Positions 24,842-33,998 of a DNA stretch of 34,706 nt are shown in pieces. The DNA lies in IMG/VR virus record IMGVR_UViG_3300045944_000246, positions 1 to 34,706 of that record. The stretch is one strand, 5' to 3'. Origin of the DNA: a virus. Taxonomy: Duplodnaviria > Caudoviricetes. The number at the start of each line of letters is the position of its first letter. The stretch's first letter is position 1. The notes beneath the pieces were generated by a model, which did not search any database, was not told where the DNA came from, and saw only the letters and a list, made by a program, of their open reading frames with translations. The translations under genes were made by a program, and so were the position numbers.

Positions 24842-26203
24842 TTACGCCGCCTTGATCAAGCGGAAGGCGTTGACCAGCCCGACGCGCCCATCAAAGCGAC
24901 TGCGCGCATAGAACCGCACCTGGTCGTTGGCCGAGGCAATCGAGTCGTCGCGGCGCAGCGACATGCCGATCCGGTCGATCAGGTAATACTGCTTGAAGTC
25001 GCCGATCGCCCCGATCACCTCGGTGGTCGCGATCGCGGTGGCATCGTCCCAACCGACATCGTCGTACGTGACCACCCGCCGGCCGCGCAGCGTGTCCATC
25101 GGGGCGCCGGGGTTATTCGGCTCGGTGCCCGTCTGCCCGATGAAGTGGACGCCGGGACTGGTTGAGCCGATGTTTTCGATCTGCGCCATCAGCGCCGAGG
25201 TGAGCGACCACGCCACGCCCGGTGAGCGGCGGAACTGAGCCGGCAGGGACCAATAGATTTTCGTGACGTCGGCGGCCACGATCGCGGTCGCGCCGGCGAG
25301 CGTCACGGTCTGGCCGGCGCCAAGCGCGGTGCGGAGACCTTGCGGCTCGCCCGTGCCGGAGCCGGCGATGATCTTCGTGTCCTCGTACCGCCCGCGCGCC
25401 TCGTTGAATATCTGGGCCAGCAGCGCCGGCAGATTCGTGGCGGCGTCCTCCAGCAATTCGGCCGAGATATCGACCTTGCCGCCGGACTTGGCGACGTTGA
25501 ACGGCACCTGGCCCACGGCCGGCGTATTGTCCGGGAAGGGGCCTTCCTCGGCGATCGCCTGCCACAGCACCGACCCGATCGTCGGGAAGTAGCCGTCCTT
25601 GAGGCTGGTGGTGACGACCGTGCAGAGCGGTCGGTGCACGCCGCCTACAGCGCCGGGGTCGTGCAGGACGATCGTGCGGTAGTCCTCCGGGACAAAGAAC
25701 CCGCCCTCGACATCGGTGTTTTCTTGCATCGCCTTGCGCTGCTCAGCAGAGGCGTCGGCGAGCCAGGCGTTCTGGTTGCGGGCGCGGAACCACCCTTGCC
25801 AGGTGTCCTTGTAGAAGTGGGCGTCGCGCTTATGGTTGTCGCCCATCTGGTCGCGCACCCAGGCCGGCTGAATCGCGGCGGAGAGCGGGCGGCCATCAAT
25901 CGACTTGACCCAGCCGGCGGGGCGGTAGTTCGCATCGAACTTCGCCGTCGTGTCGGTCTTGTCGTAGGCCTTCGCCTCGAGCTCGGTCAGCGGCACGGAA
26001 TTAACCATCGCGTTGAAGTCGCCGCGCAGCCGCTTGAACGTATCGGCCTGCACCTGGAGTTCGTGCGCCTCTTTGCCCCAGATGTTCGCCTCTTCCATCA
26101 GGGCGGTCGCCTTCTTGTAGTCGCCGGCGGCAAAGGCTTCATCGGCGAGCGTCGATGACCGCTTGGCGTCGTCCTTCAGCCGGCTGATCTGGGCAATGCT
26201 CAT
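24842..26203 (-). CDS. Major capsid protein, HK97 fold
   Basis: Coiled N-terminal delta domain, EGGFFVPED, ISAELLED, GSGTGEPQGL, GDFKQYYLIDR, RFDGR; AGGAGG RBS. Confidence 0.95.
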   Translation of the reverse strand: MSIAQISRLKDDAKRSSTLADEAFAAGDYKKATALMEEANIWGKEAHELQVQADTFKRLRGDFNAMVNSVPLTELEAKAYDKTDTTAKFDANYRPAGWVKSIDGRPLSAAIQPAWVRDQMGDNHKRDAHFYKDTWQGWFRARNQNAWLADASAEQRKAMQENTDVEGGFFVPEDYRTIVLHDPGAVGGVHRPLCTVVTTSLKDGYFPTIGSVLWQAIAEEGPFPDNTPAVGQVPFNVAKSGGKVDISAELLEDAATNLPALLAQIFNEARGRYEDTKIIAGSGTGEPQGLRTALGAGQTVTLAGATAIVAADVTKIYWSLPAQFRRSPGVAWSLTSALMAQIENIGSTSPGVHFIGQTGTEPNNPGAPMDTLRGRRVVTYDDVGWDDATAIATTEVIGAIGDFKQYYLIDRIGMSLRRDDSIASANDQVRFYARSRFDGRVGLVNAFRLIKAA

Positions 26204-26255
26204 GGTGTCGGTCCCTCCTGGTGTCGGAAGCTTTCGGCTCGGGTTCGGCGGTCGC

Positions 26256-27305
26256 TCACTCGCTCATACACGACGCCCCCAATTCCACCGCCATGTCGTG
26301 CATCGCCTGGAGGCGTTTGAGGTCGGCGGCGGCATTACGCGCCCCGGCCTTCGGAACCAACTCCGGCAGGTCGATGCCGAGTTCGCCCTGCAGGTGGGCG
26401 CGGTGGGCCAGGAACAACTCGCGCAGGCCCTCGGCGTACAGGTCGGGCCCCTTCGCCGCGTCCCCGACACCCTCGGATGTGGCGTGACCGTTCAGGTGGC
26501 GCTGCGCGGTGGCGCGGGCGGCGTCCGAGAGGTCGGCCTGCGGCAGCCGGGCGAGCGCATTGCGCAGGTGGGGGAGGTCAATGCCGCCGCCCTGGCCGTG
26601 GTGGGGGAGTTTGCGCAGACTGCGGGGCGTGGTTTTCCCGTCCGCGTCCTTCTCGCCACCGGGCAGGACGACGGCGAAGGCGTTATCCGGCAGGTCGTTG
26701 ATAAAGGCCGCGGTCCAGGTCGCGAGCTCGACCCAGACATGCACGCCGCGCTCGGCCGGACAGTTCGCGTCGCCGATGTCGAGGTCGTAGGCCACGCCGC
26801 ACGCCTCGCACACCTCCGGGGGCGCGTCGACGACGTGCTTGACCGCGGCGGTGGCGGTGTTGGGCGAGGCGCCCTTCAGCACGGGCGACACCTCGACCCA
26901 CTCGACCGCATTGATCACGCGCACCGACTTGCCGTCGCGCTCCTCCATCTTCCAGTCGGTTGCGTAGAAGCCGACCGACCACTCTTTCACCCGGCCGCGC
27001 GCGACCATCTTGAAGGCGTAGGCACCTGGCTCGGTGTCCAGGTCAAACTGCATCGTTGCCAGCAACCGCCGCCGGTCCTCACGCGCCGCCGTGACGCCGC
27101 CGACGATCGTGCGCGGGTCGTGCATCCACGCCACCGCCGGCAACGACGCCTTGATGCTCTGGTCGAAGGCACCAGAGGCCAGCACCTCCTGGTCGTGGTC
27201 GACGACCTCCAGCGAGTTGACGTAGGCGGTGACAATGCCCTCGGCCTCGGAGATCGCCTTGATCTCAATCGGACTCGTCTTGCGGATCAGCGTTGGGAGC
27301 GTCAT
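26256..27305 (-). CDS. HK97-type prohead protease with an extra C-terminal domain
   Basis: VDHDQE..GAF, WMHD, WSVGF, EVSPVLKGA. Confidence 0.9.
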   Translation of the reverse strand: MTLPTLIRKTSPIEIKAISEAEGIVTAYVNSLEVVDHDQEVLASGAFDQSIKASLPAVAWMHDPRTIVGGVTAAREDRRRLLATMQFDLDTEPGAYAFKMVARGRVKEWSVGFYATDWKMEERDGKSVRVINAVEWVEVSPVLKGASPNTATAAVKHVVDAPPEVCEACGVAYDLDIGDANCPAERGVHVWVELATWTAAFINDLPDNAFAVVLPGGEKDADGKTTPRSLRKLPHHGQGGGIDLPHLRNALARLPQADLSDAARATAQRHLNGHATSEGVGDAAKGPDLYAEGLRELFLAHRAHLQGELGIDLPELVPKAGARNAAADLKRLQAMHDMAVELGASCMSE

Positions 27306-29530
27306 CGCTTCGCCTCCGCGAAGATTTCAGCGAGGTACGCCGGGAGTGGCCCAGAACTCTCTTCGAGCAGGTCGACCTCGAGATCGCCGTTGGGGAACCG
27401 GAGCGTGAGACGGCCCTTCGTCGCGACGCGGCGGACGGTGGCGCAGCGGCAGGCGGGATGGGCCGGCGCGTGCATCTGCCCGGATGGGAACATCTGCGTG
27501 TCGGGAATCCAGCCCTGGGCCGCGTTGTCGCGGCAGTGGGCGGAGACGCGGTCGTCGTTCACCGTCACCCACGACTTCTCGATATCGATGCCCGAGCCGC
27601 GCAATTCGGCGGCAACGGCGCTCTTGCCCACCTCGTAGGCCGTGCCGATCTCATGCACCGCGATCAGCTCGGCCCGGTTGCGCAGGTGCTCCTGGGTGGC
27701 ACGGCCGGCGAAGCCGTCGAAAGCGGCGGTGATGGCGCGGGCCGTGCGCCCGTAGTCCCACCCCGAAGCTGAGGCATCGGCGAGCAGGGTACGCAAGCGG
27801 TCGCGGGTGGTTTGCTGGATACCGGCGACGCGGTCGGCGGCGTAGTTCGCGAGGAACCCGACCACGGCCGGCGTGGTGCGGCCGAAGGCGGGCAGCGCGG
27901 CGGTGAGACCGCGGCCCGCATCCGTCCAGCCACGCTCAAGGGCGGCGGGGGCCGCATCGGTAAGCGCCTGGCTGTAGAGCGCCTCGACCTCGGCCTGGGC
28001 GAGCCGGAGGAGTTCTTCCCACGAGCTTTCGGTGAGGGCATCGCGGCGGGAGCGCAAATGCCGGAGGAACGCCTCGCCCTCCGCCGTAAACGCCGCGGCC
28101 AACTGGCGCTGCAGGTCCTCGACCGCGGCGGCGAGTGCCGTAGGTATCGTCCGGCTATCATCGGCCGCGAACGCGCGATAGGGCGCGCGTGAGGCCCCGG
28201 CGACGGATTCCACCACCGCACCGGTGTCCGTACCCTCAGCGGCCTCTGGTGGCGATTGCGGGGCATTCGGGAGCGAGGGCGGCGTGGCACTGGCGCCGAG
28301 CGGCGTCCCCTCCGCCGACACCAGCAGCACGCCGGTTGCGAGGTAGTAGACGTCGCCCGCGTCACCGCCGAGCGGGTCCATCCCCAGGGCATCGCGCGCC
28401 TCGTCGCGGGAGATGAGACCGGCCTTGAACTGCTCGACCACGCGCGTCGACTTCGCGTCTTCGTTCTCGCCGAGCGCCTTCACCTCGGAGTAGTCCCACT
28501 CGAGTGTGCCGTCGCCCTGCAGCTCGTCGTAGTCGGCGGCGAACATGCGCGACAGCGCACCGATGATGCGGCGGTTGCGCGGCAAGAGCGTCTCTTCCCA
28601 GAACGACTGCCGCGCCTCGGCATAGTTGGCGTAGGTGGAGTGGGCGAGGCCGACGGAGGCGCCCACGAGCACGGGTGGCACGCCGAACACCTCGCAGACC
28701 TCGGCCTCGTTCGGCATGATGATGTCTTTGATCGCGAGGTCTTTGAGGTCGGACGCCACCTTCTGGTAGTCGGCGTCTTCGTCGAGCACCGGGATGCGGT
28801 GCCAGTTGCGCGCACCGCTGAAGCGACTCATGAACGACGAGCGGATGCGGTCGGCTTCGTCCTGGGAGGCGAGCTTGCGCTTCACCTTGAGCAGGCCGGA
28901 GGGGATGGCGGCGTTCTGAAAGAAAGCGGCGACGAACTCGGTCAGCGACTTCGTCACGAGCAGTGAGCGCGCCAGGACGTGGATGCGGCTGAGGCCGTGG
29001 TAGTCGTCGGCGGGGTTGAACTCTTTGACGACTCCGATGTCGGCCGCCGGGATGACGTACTCCTGGCCGTTGACGGTATAGACGTACGCCTGCGGTCCCA
29101 TCGCGCCGGGGACGACCTCAAGGCGTTCGGGGCGCAGGACGAGCCACGCCACCACCTGGCCGGCCTGCCCACGCGCCTTGTAGACGTAGGTAATGCCAGC
29201 GATGTCGAGGTAGATGTTGACCGCTTCGAGGAACTCGAACTGATCCATCCACGGGTTTGGCCGGCGCAGGGTCTCGGCAAGGGTGCCGGTGGTGACTTCG
29301 TCGCCGAGGGTATCGCGGACTACGAGGCGGGCCTCAGCGGCGCTCGTTGCCTTCTCCTGAACGCAGGCATAGACGAGTGGGAGGCGGCCGTAGGCTTCGC
29401 GGGCGAAGGCTTCGAGGTTATCGGCGGGCGATTCGGGCAGGCCGGCGGTGCCGGCGCCGAGCAGGATCGAGGCGACGACCTCAGACCCAGACGATGCGGT
29501 GCGGCGGAAGGGCCAGAACGGGACGGCCAT
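27302..29530 (-). CDS. Portal protein fused to a MuF-like minor head domain
   Basis: VYACV, RPNPWM, FFQNAAIPSG, FGVPPVLVG, SRDEARDALG, then RAELIAVHE...KSW...DDRV...PAHPACRC. Confidence 0.9.
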   Translation of the reverse strand: MAVPFWPFRRTASSGSEVVASILLGAGTAGLPESPADNLEAFAREAYGRLPLVYACVQEKATSAAEARLVVRDTLGDEVTTGTLAETLRRPNPWMDQFEFLEAVNIYLDIAGITYVYKARGQAGQVVAWLVLRPERLEVVPGAMGPQAYVYTVNGQEYVIPAADIGVVKEFNPADDYHGLSRIHVLARSLLVTKSLTEFVAAFFQNAAIPSGLLKVKRKLASQDEADRIRSSFMSRFSGARNWHRIPVLDEDADYQKVASDLKDLAIKDIIMPNEAEVCEVFGVPPVLVGASVGLAHSTYANYAEARQSFWEETLLPRNRRIIGALSRMFAADYDELQGDGTLEWDYSEVKALGENEDAKSTRVVEQFKAGLISRDEARDALGMDPLGGDAGDVYYLATGVLLVSAEGTPLGASATPPSLPNAPQSPPEAAEGTDTGAVVESVAGASRAPYRAFAADDSRTIPTALAAAVEDLQRQLAAAFTAEGEAFLRHLRSRRDALTESSWEELLRLAQAEVEALYSQALTDAAPAALERGWTDAGRGLTAALPAFGRTTPAVVGFLANYAADRVAGIQQTTRDRLRTLLADASASGWDYGRTARAITAAFDGFAGRATQEHLRNRAELIAVHEIGTAYEVGKSAVAAELRGSGIDIEKSWVTVNDDRVSAHCRDNAAQGWIPDTQMFPSGQMHAPAHPACRCATVRRVATKGRLTLRFPNGDLEVDLLEESSGPLPAYLAEIFAEAKR

Positions 29531-29668
29531 GCACCGGGTCTCCAGGCAGCGGACCGACGGCGGGGAGAGGGGGAGAGGCCGTCGTCAGAATCGCTGCCAC
29601 GCGAGAGGCCCGGTGCTGCCGCTCATGTGGTCGGTAGGATGCCTACGGATGTCGGCGGCAGTGTAGCA
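29531..29668 (-). promoter_or_regulatory. Extended -10 (TGcTACACT) and structured leader of the portal/head operon
   Basis: Minus-strand TGCTACACT at 29660-29668; nested inverted repeats 29531-29616. Confidence 0.55.
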
Positions 29669-29674
29669 CACACG

Positions 29675-29866
29675 TCAATCGGGTTTACCAGATGGCCCCG
29701 CCGCCGCATCCGGCGCCAGGACGCCCGCGCGGTTCAGCGCCTCCACGAGCATCAGGGCAGCCTGGTCCTTCGGCGCGCGAAACTCGCGTTCAGCAAGTCG
29801 GACGAGCGCGTCGATCGCCGGTTGCGGTAGGTCCACAAACACTCTGCGCACGGTGAGCACCTCCAT
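29675..29866 (-). CDS. Small ribbon-helix-helix-like regulator
   Basis: RRVFVDLP..AIDALVRLAEREFR..KDQAALMLVEAL strand-helix-helix pattern. Confidence 0.65.
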   Translation of the reverse strand: MEVLTVRRVFVDLPQPAIDALVRLAEREFRAPKDQAALMLVEALNRAGVLAPDAAAGPSGKPD

Positions 29867-29940
29867 CGAGGTCTACCGTGACAGAACAAACACCGCAGAA
29901 AACAGCAGAAATACCGAGCGGATGGGGCGGCACCGTCGCG

Positions 29941-31149
29941 CTACCAGACACCTTGCGACGGAACGGCGGCGCGGTGGCGGACGGCTAAGGCGAGCGCCAT
30001 CACACAGTCGTCGTGCATCCCCGGCGGCGCCTCGTAGCGGACGCCGGTTCGCGTATAGACGTACTCGAACGCCTCCAACTCCAACCGGATGACGCCGTCC
30101 GGGAACGCGACCTCGCGCCGGCCGATGGCGAGCGCCAGGCCCTCCATCAGTTGTTGCTTGGACGACGGCGAGAAGTGGAAGCCCTCGTACTGGTTCCAGC
30201 CAAGCGACTGCAGCGCCTCGACGATCGGGTCGCCGACGCCGGTGGAATCGACCAGCGCTGGCGTGCGCCCACAGATGGCATGGATGTCCGTCACGGTCTG
30301 CTGCCAGGGCCGCTGGAATCGTTCCAGTCTGGCGGTTGTGCCTTCGGCATCGAGGCCGATGGCGACGGTCCAGTCGACGGACTTGGCAAGGTCAATGCCG
30401 AAGACGCTCGGCTCGTCCGGTGAGAGCGGAGCGACACACGCGGCGATGGCGTCCAGGCCAAAGGGATTGCCGCCGTCGTCGGACGCCTCGGCGAGGTACA
30501 GCTCGCGGAAGACGTGGTCGGGCAGCACGCGGCGGGCATCCTCGACCTCGGCGGCATCGAGCACGCCGGCGGCGACGGCATCATGGGCGGTGATGCGCGC
30601 GTAGGCCATGTCGGGCTCGCCGGATTCGGCGCGGCGGGCGAGGGCATAGAACCAATTGCGGCGGCCCTTGACGTTGCCAATGATGCGCAGCGGCCCGCGG
30701 GTGGCGGTGAGGGTGGTACGGACGGCGTGGAAGGTCTCCTCCTTGACGCGCGAGCCCTCGTCGATGACGGCGGCGTAGACATCTTCGCCGTAGAGCGCGT
30801 CCGGGTTGTCGCCGCCCTTGAACCAGAGCACGGTGCCGTTTGCCAGGGTGAGGGTGAGCTCGGACTCATTGGCGACATACACCGCCGGCGGCAGGCCGCG
30901 CTTGATGCGGCGGAAGGGGATGCGCGCCTGCGAGTAGGTCGGGGCAATCCACCAGAAGTTCTGGCCAGGCGTGCCCTGGACGGCCTGCTCCATCAGCCAG
31001 GCCATACAGGCCACGGTTTTTCCTGACTTGGTGGTCGCTTCACAAATGGCGTAGCGGGCGTCAGTGAAGAGCGCCGTTTGTTGGCGGTGGTAGAGCGGGG
31101 GCCGCTGGTAGGTCCAGGAGGTCGGGGCCGGCGTCGTCGTCGTGGACAC
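29941..31149 (-). CDS. terL: Terminase large subunit
   Basis: Walker A ATTKSGKT, Walker B VIDE, nuclease GIDLA...D, HDD; start set at GTG 31149 behind GGAG. Confidence 0.93.
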   Translation of the reverse strand: MSTTTTPAPTSWTYQRPPLYHRQQTALFTDARYAICEATTKSGKTVACMAWLMEQAVQGTPGQNFWWIAPTYSQARIPFRRIKRGLPPAVYVANESELTLTLANGTVLWFKGGDNPDALYGEDVYAAVIDEGSRVKEETFHAVRTTLTATRGPLRIIGNVKGRRNWFYALARRAESGEPDMAYARITAHDAVAAGVLDAAEVEDARRVLPDHVFRELYLAEASDDGGNPFGLDAIAACVAPLSPDEPSVFGIDLAKSVDWTVAIGLDAEGTTARLERFQRPWQQTVTDIHAICGRTPALVDSTGVGDPIVEALQSLGWNQYEGFHFSPSSKQQLMEGLALAIGRREVAFPDGVIRLELEAFEYVYTRTGVRYEAPPGMHDDCVMALALAVRHRAAVPSQGVW

Positions 31150-31492
31150 GGGCAGCTCCGAGGTCGAGCGAGAAGGTGATGGCACCGGAGTGTTTGATTT
31201 CGAGCGCCTGGCGGCCGTAGTCGGCGGCGTGGCGGTGTTCGAGCAACCAGACGGCGGCGGGCCAGGTGCCCTGGGCGGCGGCCTTCTCGACCATGCCGAG
31301 CCACCTGGCCGCGGCCTGGGCTTCGGCCCGTTCGACCTTCTCCGAAAAACCCGGCTTGGTTTTGCACCAGGTTTCGAAGGTGTCCTGCGAGATGCCGGAG
31401 CCGAGGGCGGCGAGGCGGCGGGTGGCGCCGATGCCAAGCGCCGCCATGATCTGCTTCTCGCGGGCGGGCGACCACTTGGTTGGGCGCGGCAC
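31061..31492 (-). CDS. terS: Terminase small subunit
   Basis: PRPTKWS...GISQDTFETW...FSEKVERA...AAVWLLE...EIKHSG; overlaps the TerL start. Confidence 0.8.
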   Translation of the reverse strand: MPRPTKWSPAREKQIMAALGIGATRRLAALGSGISQDTFETWCKTKPGFSEKVERAEAQAAARWLGMVEKAAAQGTWPAAVWLLEHRHAADYGRQALEIKHSGAITFSLDLGAARVHDDDAGPDLLDLPAAPALPPPTNGALH

Positions 31493-31498
31493 GGGACG

Positions 31499-31690
31499 CT
31501 ACTCCTCCGGGGCCGGCGGTGTCTCCGGTGGGGGGCCTGGGGCGATGAAGGTGGAGCCATCCTCACGGCGCCACATCCAGAGGCCCGCCGGGTCATGGAA
31601 CTGCTGGAGGACGGGGGTATCGGTAGCGGTGGGGGTATCGGTCTCGATCGTTGCCGCGGGGGTGGTGGTGGACTCAGCGTCAGTGGTCAT
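31499..31690 (-). CDS. Hypothetical protein (63 aa)
   Basis: Tiles the operon between the methyltransferase and TerS. Confidence 0.6.
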   Translation of the reverse strand: MTTDAESTTTPAATIETDTPTATDTPVLQQFHDPAGLWMWRREDGSTFIAPGPPPETPPAPEE

Positions 31691-32192
31691 CGGAGCCTGG
31701 TCCTTTCACGGCGAGCGCGCGGATGTCCTGGACGGTGCGGTCCCATTCTAGCGCGACGACGGGGAAGAGGGAGAGCCACAGGACGAGGTCGAGGGCGGAG
31801 ACGGTGGCGTAGAACTCGTGCTGGCGGAGCGGGCCACCGTCGTGGGCGGAATGGGGCGGCCGTCCGGGGCCGGCGGCGGTGATGATCAGGACGCCACCCT
31901 CGGCGAGCAGCTGATAGGCGCGGGCGCAGAGGTCGTGGGCGTGGGGGGAATGTTCGAGGACTTCGGTCATGACGATCGTATCGGGGGTGAAGGGCGGGAC
32001 GTAGGAGCGGCCGTCGGCGACGACATCGACGCCGGGTCCGGGGACGAGGTCGACGGCGAAGTAGTCGGTGGTCGAGGAGAAGAGCGGGCGGACGGAGCCG
32101 TTGACGTTGCGGCCACCGATTTCGTACACCCGCCAGCGCGGTGGGAGGGTGGCGAGGGTGCGTTCGACGTAGGCGTAGGCGGCGGCGTGCAT
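31680..32192 (-). CDS. Class I SAM-dependent methyltransferase (small-molecule or glycan type)
   Basis: VYEIGGRNVNGS, VDLVPGPGVD, EVLEH, GGVLIIT. Confidence 0.85.
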   Translation of the reverse strand: MHAAAYAYVERTLATLPPRWRVYEIGGRNVNGSVRPLFSSTTDYFAVDLVPGPGVDVVADGRSYVPPFTPDTIVMTEVLEHSPHAHDLCARAYQLLAEGGVLIITAAGPGRPPHSAHDGGPLRQHEFYATVSALDLVLWLSLFPVVALEWDRTVQDIRALAVKGPGSDDH

Positions 32193-32374
32193 CAGGCATC
32201 CTCTGGTGGTGGCGGGTCAGGGAGGGAGCGGATGAGGAGGCGGACGACCTGGCGCATGGAGATGGAACGTCTCCTGGCCTCGTCACGCAGCCGGCGTTTA
32301 TCACCAGCTGAGAGCGTAACGAGCAGGTCCTCAGTGGGGAAGTCGTCAGGCGCGATCATCGCGCACACGACCAA
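32192..32374 (-). CDS. Small ribbon-helix-helix-like protein
   Basis: LLVTLS..DKRRLRDEARRRSISMRQVVRLLI. Confidence 0.65.
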   Translation of the reverse strand: MVVCAMIAPDDFPTEDLLVTLSAGDKRRLRDEARRRSISMRQVVRLLIRSLPDPPPPEDA

Positions 32375-32730
32375 TGGGACGACCAGCCGCGGGCGAAGGC
32401 CCAGGCGGCACCGCGCACGTTGAGGCGCACGTCATAGACATCCCCCCACGTCGTAAAGATCGGCACCGACCGCCAGAGTCCATACGGGTGCCACTGAAAC
32501 AGGCCGATTTCACCCTGCCTCCCAACAAGATCCGTGCGTAAGGTCCCTCCCGTTTCGCAGAGGGCGACGGCGAGCAACCACGATGGGCTGATGCCGTAGG
32601 CGTGGGCCTCCTCGGCAATCAGGGCGACGATGCCGTCGGGGTCGGATGCCTGCGTGGTGGTGGCGTGGGTGGCCGAGAGGCAGAGCAGGGCGGCCAGGGC
32701 GAGCGACGGAGCGGCGGACAACGCGTGCAT
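32356..32730 (-). CDS. Secreted lytic transglycosylase (SLT-like)
   Basis: Signal peptide; AVALCETGG (catalytic Glu), GLFQ, NVRGAAW. Confidence 0.82.
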   Translation of the reverse strand: MHALSAAPSLALAALLCLSATHATTTQASDPDGIVALIAEEAHAYGISPSWLLAVALCETGGTLRTDLVGRQGEIGLFQWHPYGLWRSVPIFTTWGDVYDVRLNVRGAAWAFARGWSSHWSCAR

Positions 32731-32772
32731 AGAACCTCCGGGAACGGGACGCGGTCGTGGTGGTGGTGGTGG

Positions 32773-33009
32773 TCAGGCCGGGAACCGCACCGCCAGGCGG
32801 AGGCGGCGGCGGAGCACGACGGCCCGCCGTCCGCCGGCAAAGACCACGAGCTGCTTGCCCGCGCCGACCACCGTGCGGCCGTCGGCGCGGCGGACCGGGT
32901 CACAGGGGGCGCGCCGGAGCGCGTCATCGGTCAGCCGGTCACCGAGATAGATGTAGCGCCAGGGGCGGGCGGCGGCGGGGCGCGGGGAACCGTGAAGGTT
33001 CGGCATCAT
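32773..33009 (-). CDS. Hypothetical protein
   Basis: AGGAGG RBS; start overlaps the upstream stop. Confidence 0.65.
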   Translation of the reverse strand: MMPNLHGSPRPAAARPWRYIYLGDRLTDDALRRAPCDPVRRADGRTVVGAGKQLVVFAGGRRAVVLRRRLRLAVRFPA

Positions 33010-33467
33010 GGAACCTCCTGCGTCTGGAGGCGGGCGAGATAGGTGGCGGCGGTGATGCCCGGGGAGACACCGAGCCGCCCGCGGCGTGGTGGCAGGCCGG
33101 CGGCGGCCCCGAGTCTCCACACCCGCGTCCGCGACAGACGGAAGATTTCGGCGATCACGCAGACGGGCACACCCTCGGCGTAGGCGGCGACGACGGCCTG
33201 ACGTTCGGACGGTCTCAGCCCCTCCTGGCGGCTCCTTCGGGGATAGGTGCGGGTGCGGTCATAGGAGCGGCCGTGGACGGCCCGCCAGACGACCGACTGC
33301 GACACACCGAACTGGGCGGCGACGTCGGCCATCGTTGGGGCGCCGTCATAGGTCGATGCCCTGAGGGTGGCGGCGTCCTCGCCCGGGGTGATGCCCATCC
33401 GGGCCCGCGGCTGCCAGTAGGCGGCGTGGATGGCGGCGAGGGTCGGTGCCGGCATGCGGGAGGTCAT
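33006..33467 (-). CDS. Protein with two HTH motifs (candidate late activator)
   Basis: TMADVAAQFGVSQSVVWRAV and VCVIAEIFRLSRTRVWRL. Confidence 0.7.
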   Translation of the reverse strand: MTSRMPAPTLAAIHAAYWQPRARMGITPGEDAATLRASTYDGAPTMADVAAQFGVSQSVVWRAVHGRSYDRTRTYPRRSRQEGLRPSERQAVVAAYAEGVPVCVIAEIFRLSRTRVWRLGAAAGLPPRRGRLGVSPGITAATYLARLQTQEVP

Positions 33468-33692
33468 CGGTCCCACCAGCCGGCCGGTTCGTCGGGCACG
33501 TCCGTCCGCCGCGGTGGCGCGGGCGGTGGGGCGGTGCCGGCAAACCAGGAGGCACCACAGGCCGGCCAGCACTGATAGGCGACGCCGGTACGCAGGCGCA
33601 CGCCGACGACGGGGGCACCACAGCGGGCACAGACGACGGTGCGGGGGGGGTGGTGGTGGCGTGCGGGGCGGGACGGGGCGGCGGCGCGTCAT
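33464..33692 (-). pseudogene. Zinc-finger gene frameshifted at a C8 run
   Basis: With C7, ATG 33692 reads into CARCG...CWPACG...WWDR and stops at TGA overlapping ATG 33467. Confidence 0.55.
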
Positions 33693-33695
33693 GGC

Positions 33696-33998
33696 TTACC
33701 TCCGGGTAAGGGATGCGGCGAGTTCGTCCCAGTCAGCGGGCTTCCACAGGTACGTTTCGACGCCAGGGCAGCGGGCCAAATCGGCGAGCCAGGCGACCTG
33801 GGCGGGGGTGGGGCGGCCGGCGGCGGATTTGAGCTCACAGAAGATGACGCGTGGAGCGCGAACCAGGACCAGGTCTGGGAAGCCGTGCGGCGAGCGGCGG
33901 CTGTCGTAGGTATGAAAGACCTTCCAGCCGGCGAGGCGGGCGAGGGCGGTGACCTGGGCCTGGAACTGCTTTTCGGACAGGGGCAGTGGGGTGGTCAC
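33696..33998 (-). CDS. VRR-NUC nuclease (PD-(D/E)xK)
   Basis: SEKQFQ, GFPDL, FCELK, GRPTPAQ..W. Confidence 0.9.
   Translation of the reverse strand: MTTPLPLSEKQFQAQVTALARLAGWKVFHTYDSRRSPHGFPDLVLVRAPRVIFCELKSAAGRPTPAQVAWLADLARCPGVETYLWKPADWDELAASLTRR

Noticed and set aside
31150-31596. N-terminal extension of TerL in the ORF track
   Set aside because: Out-of-frame overlap with TerS; an RBS-supported GTG at 31149 gives a normal-sized TerL
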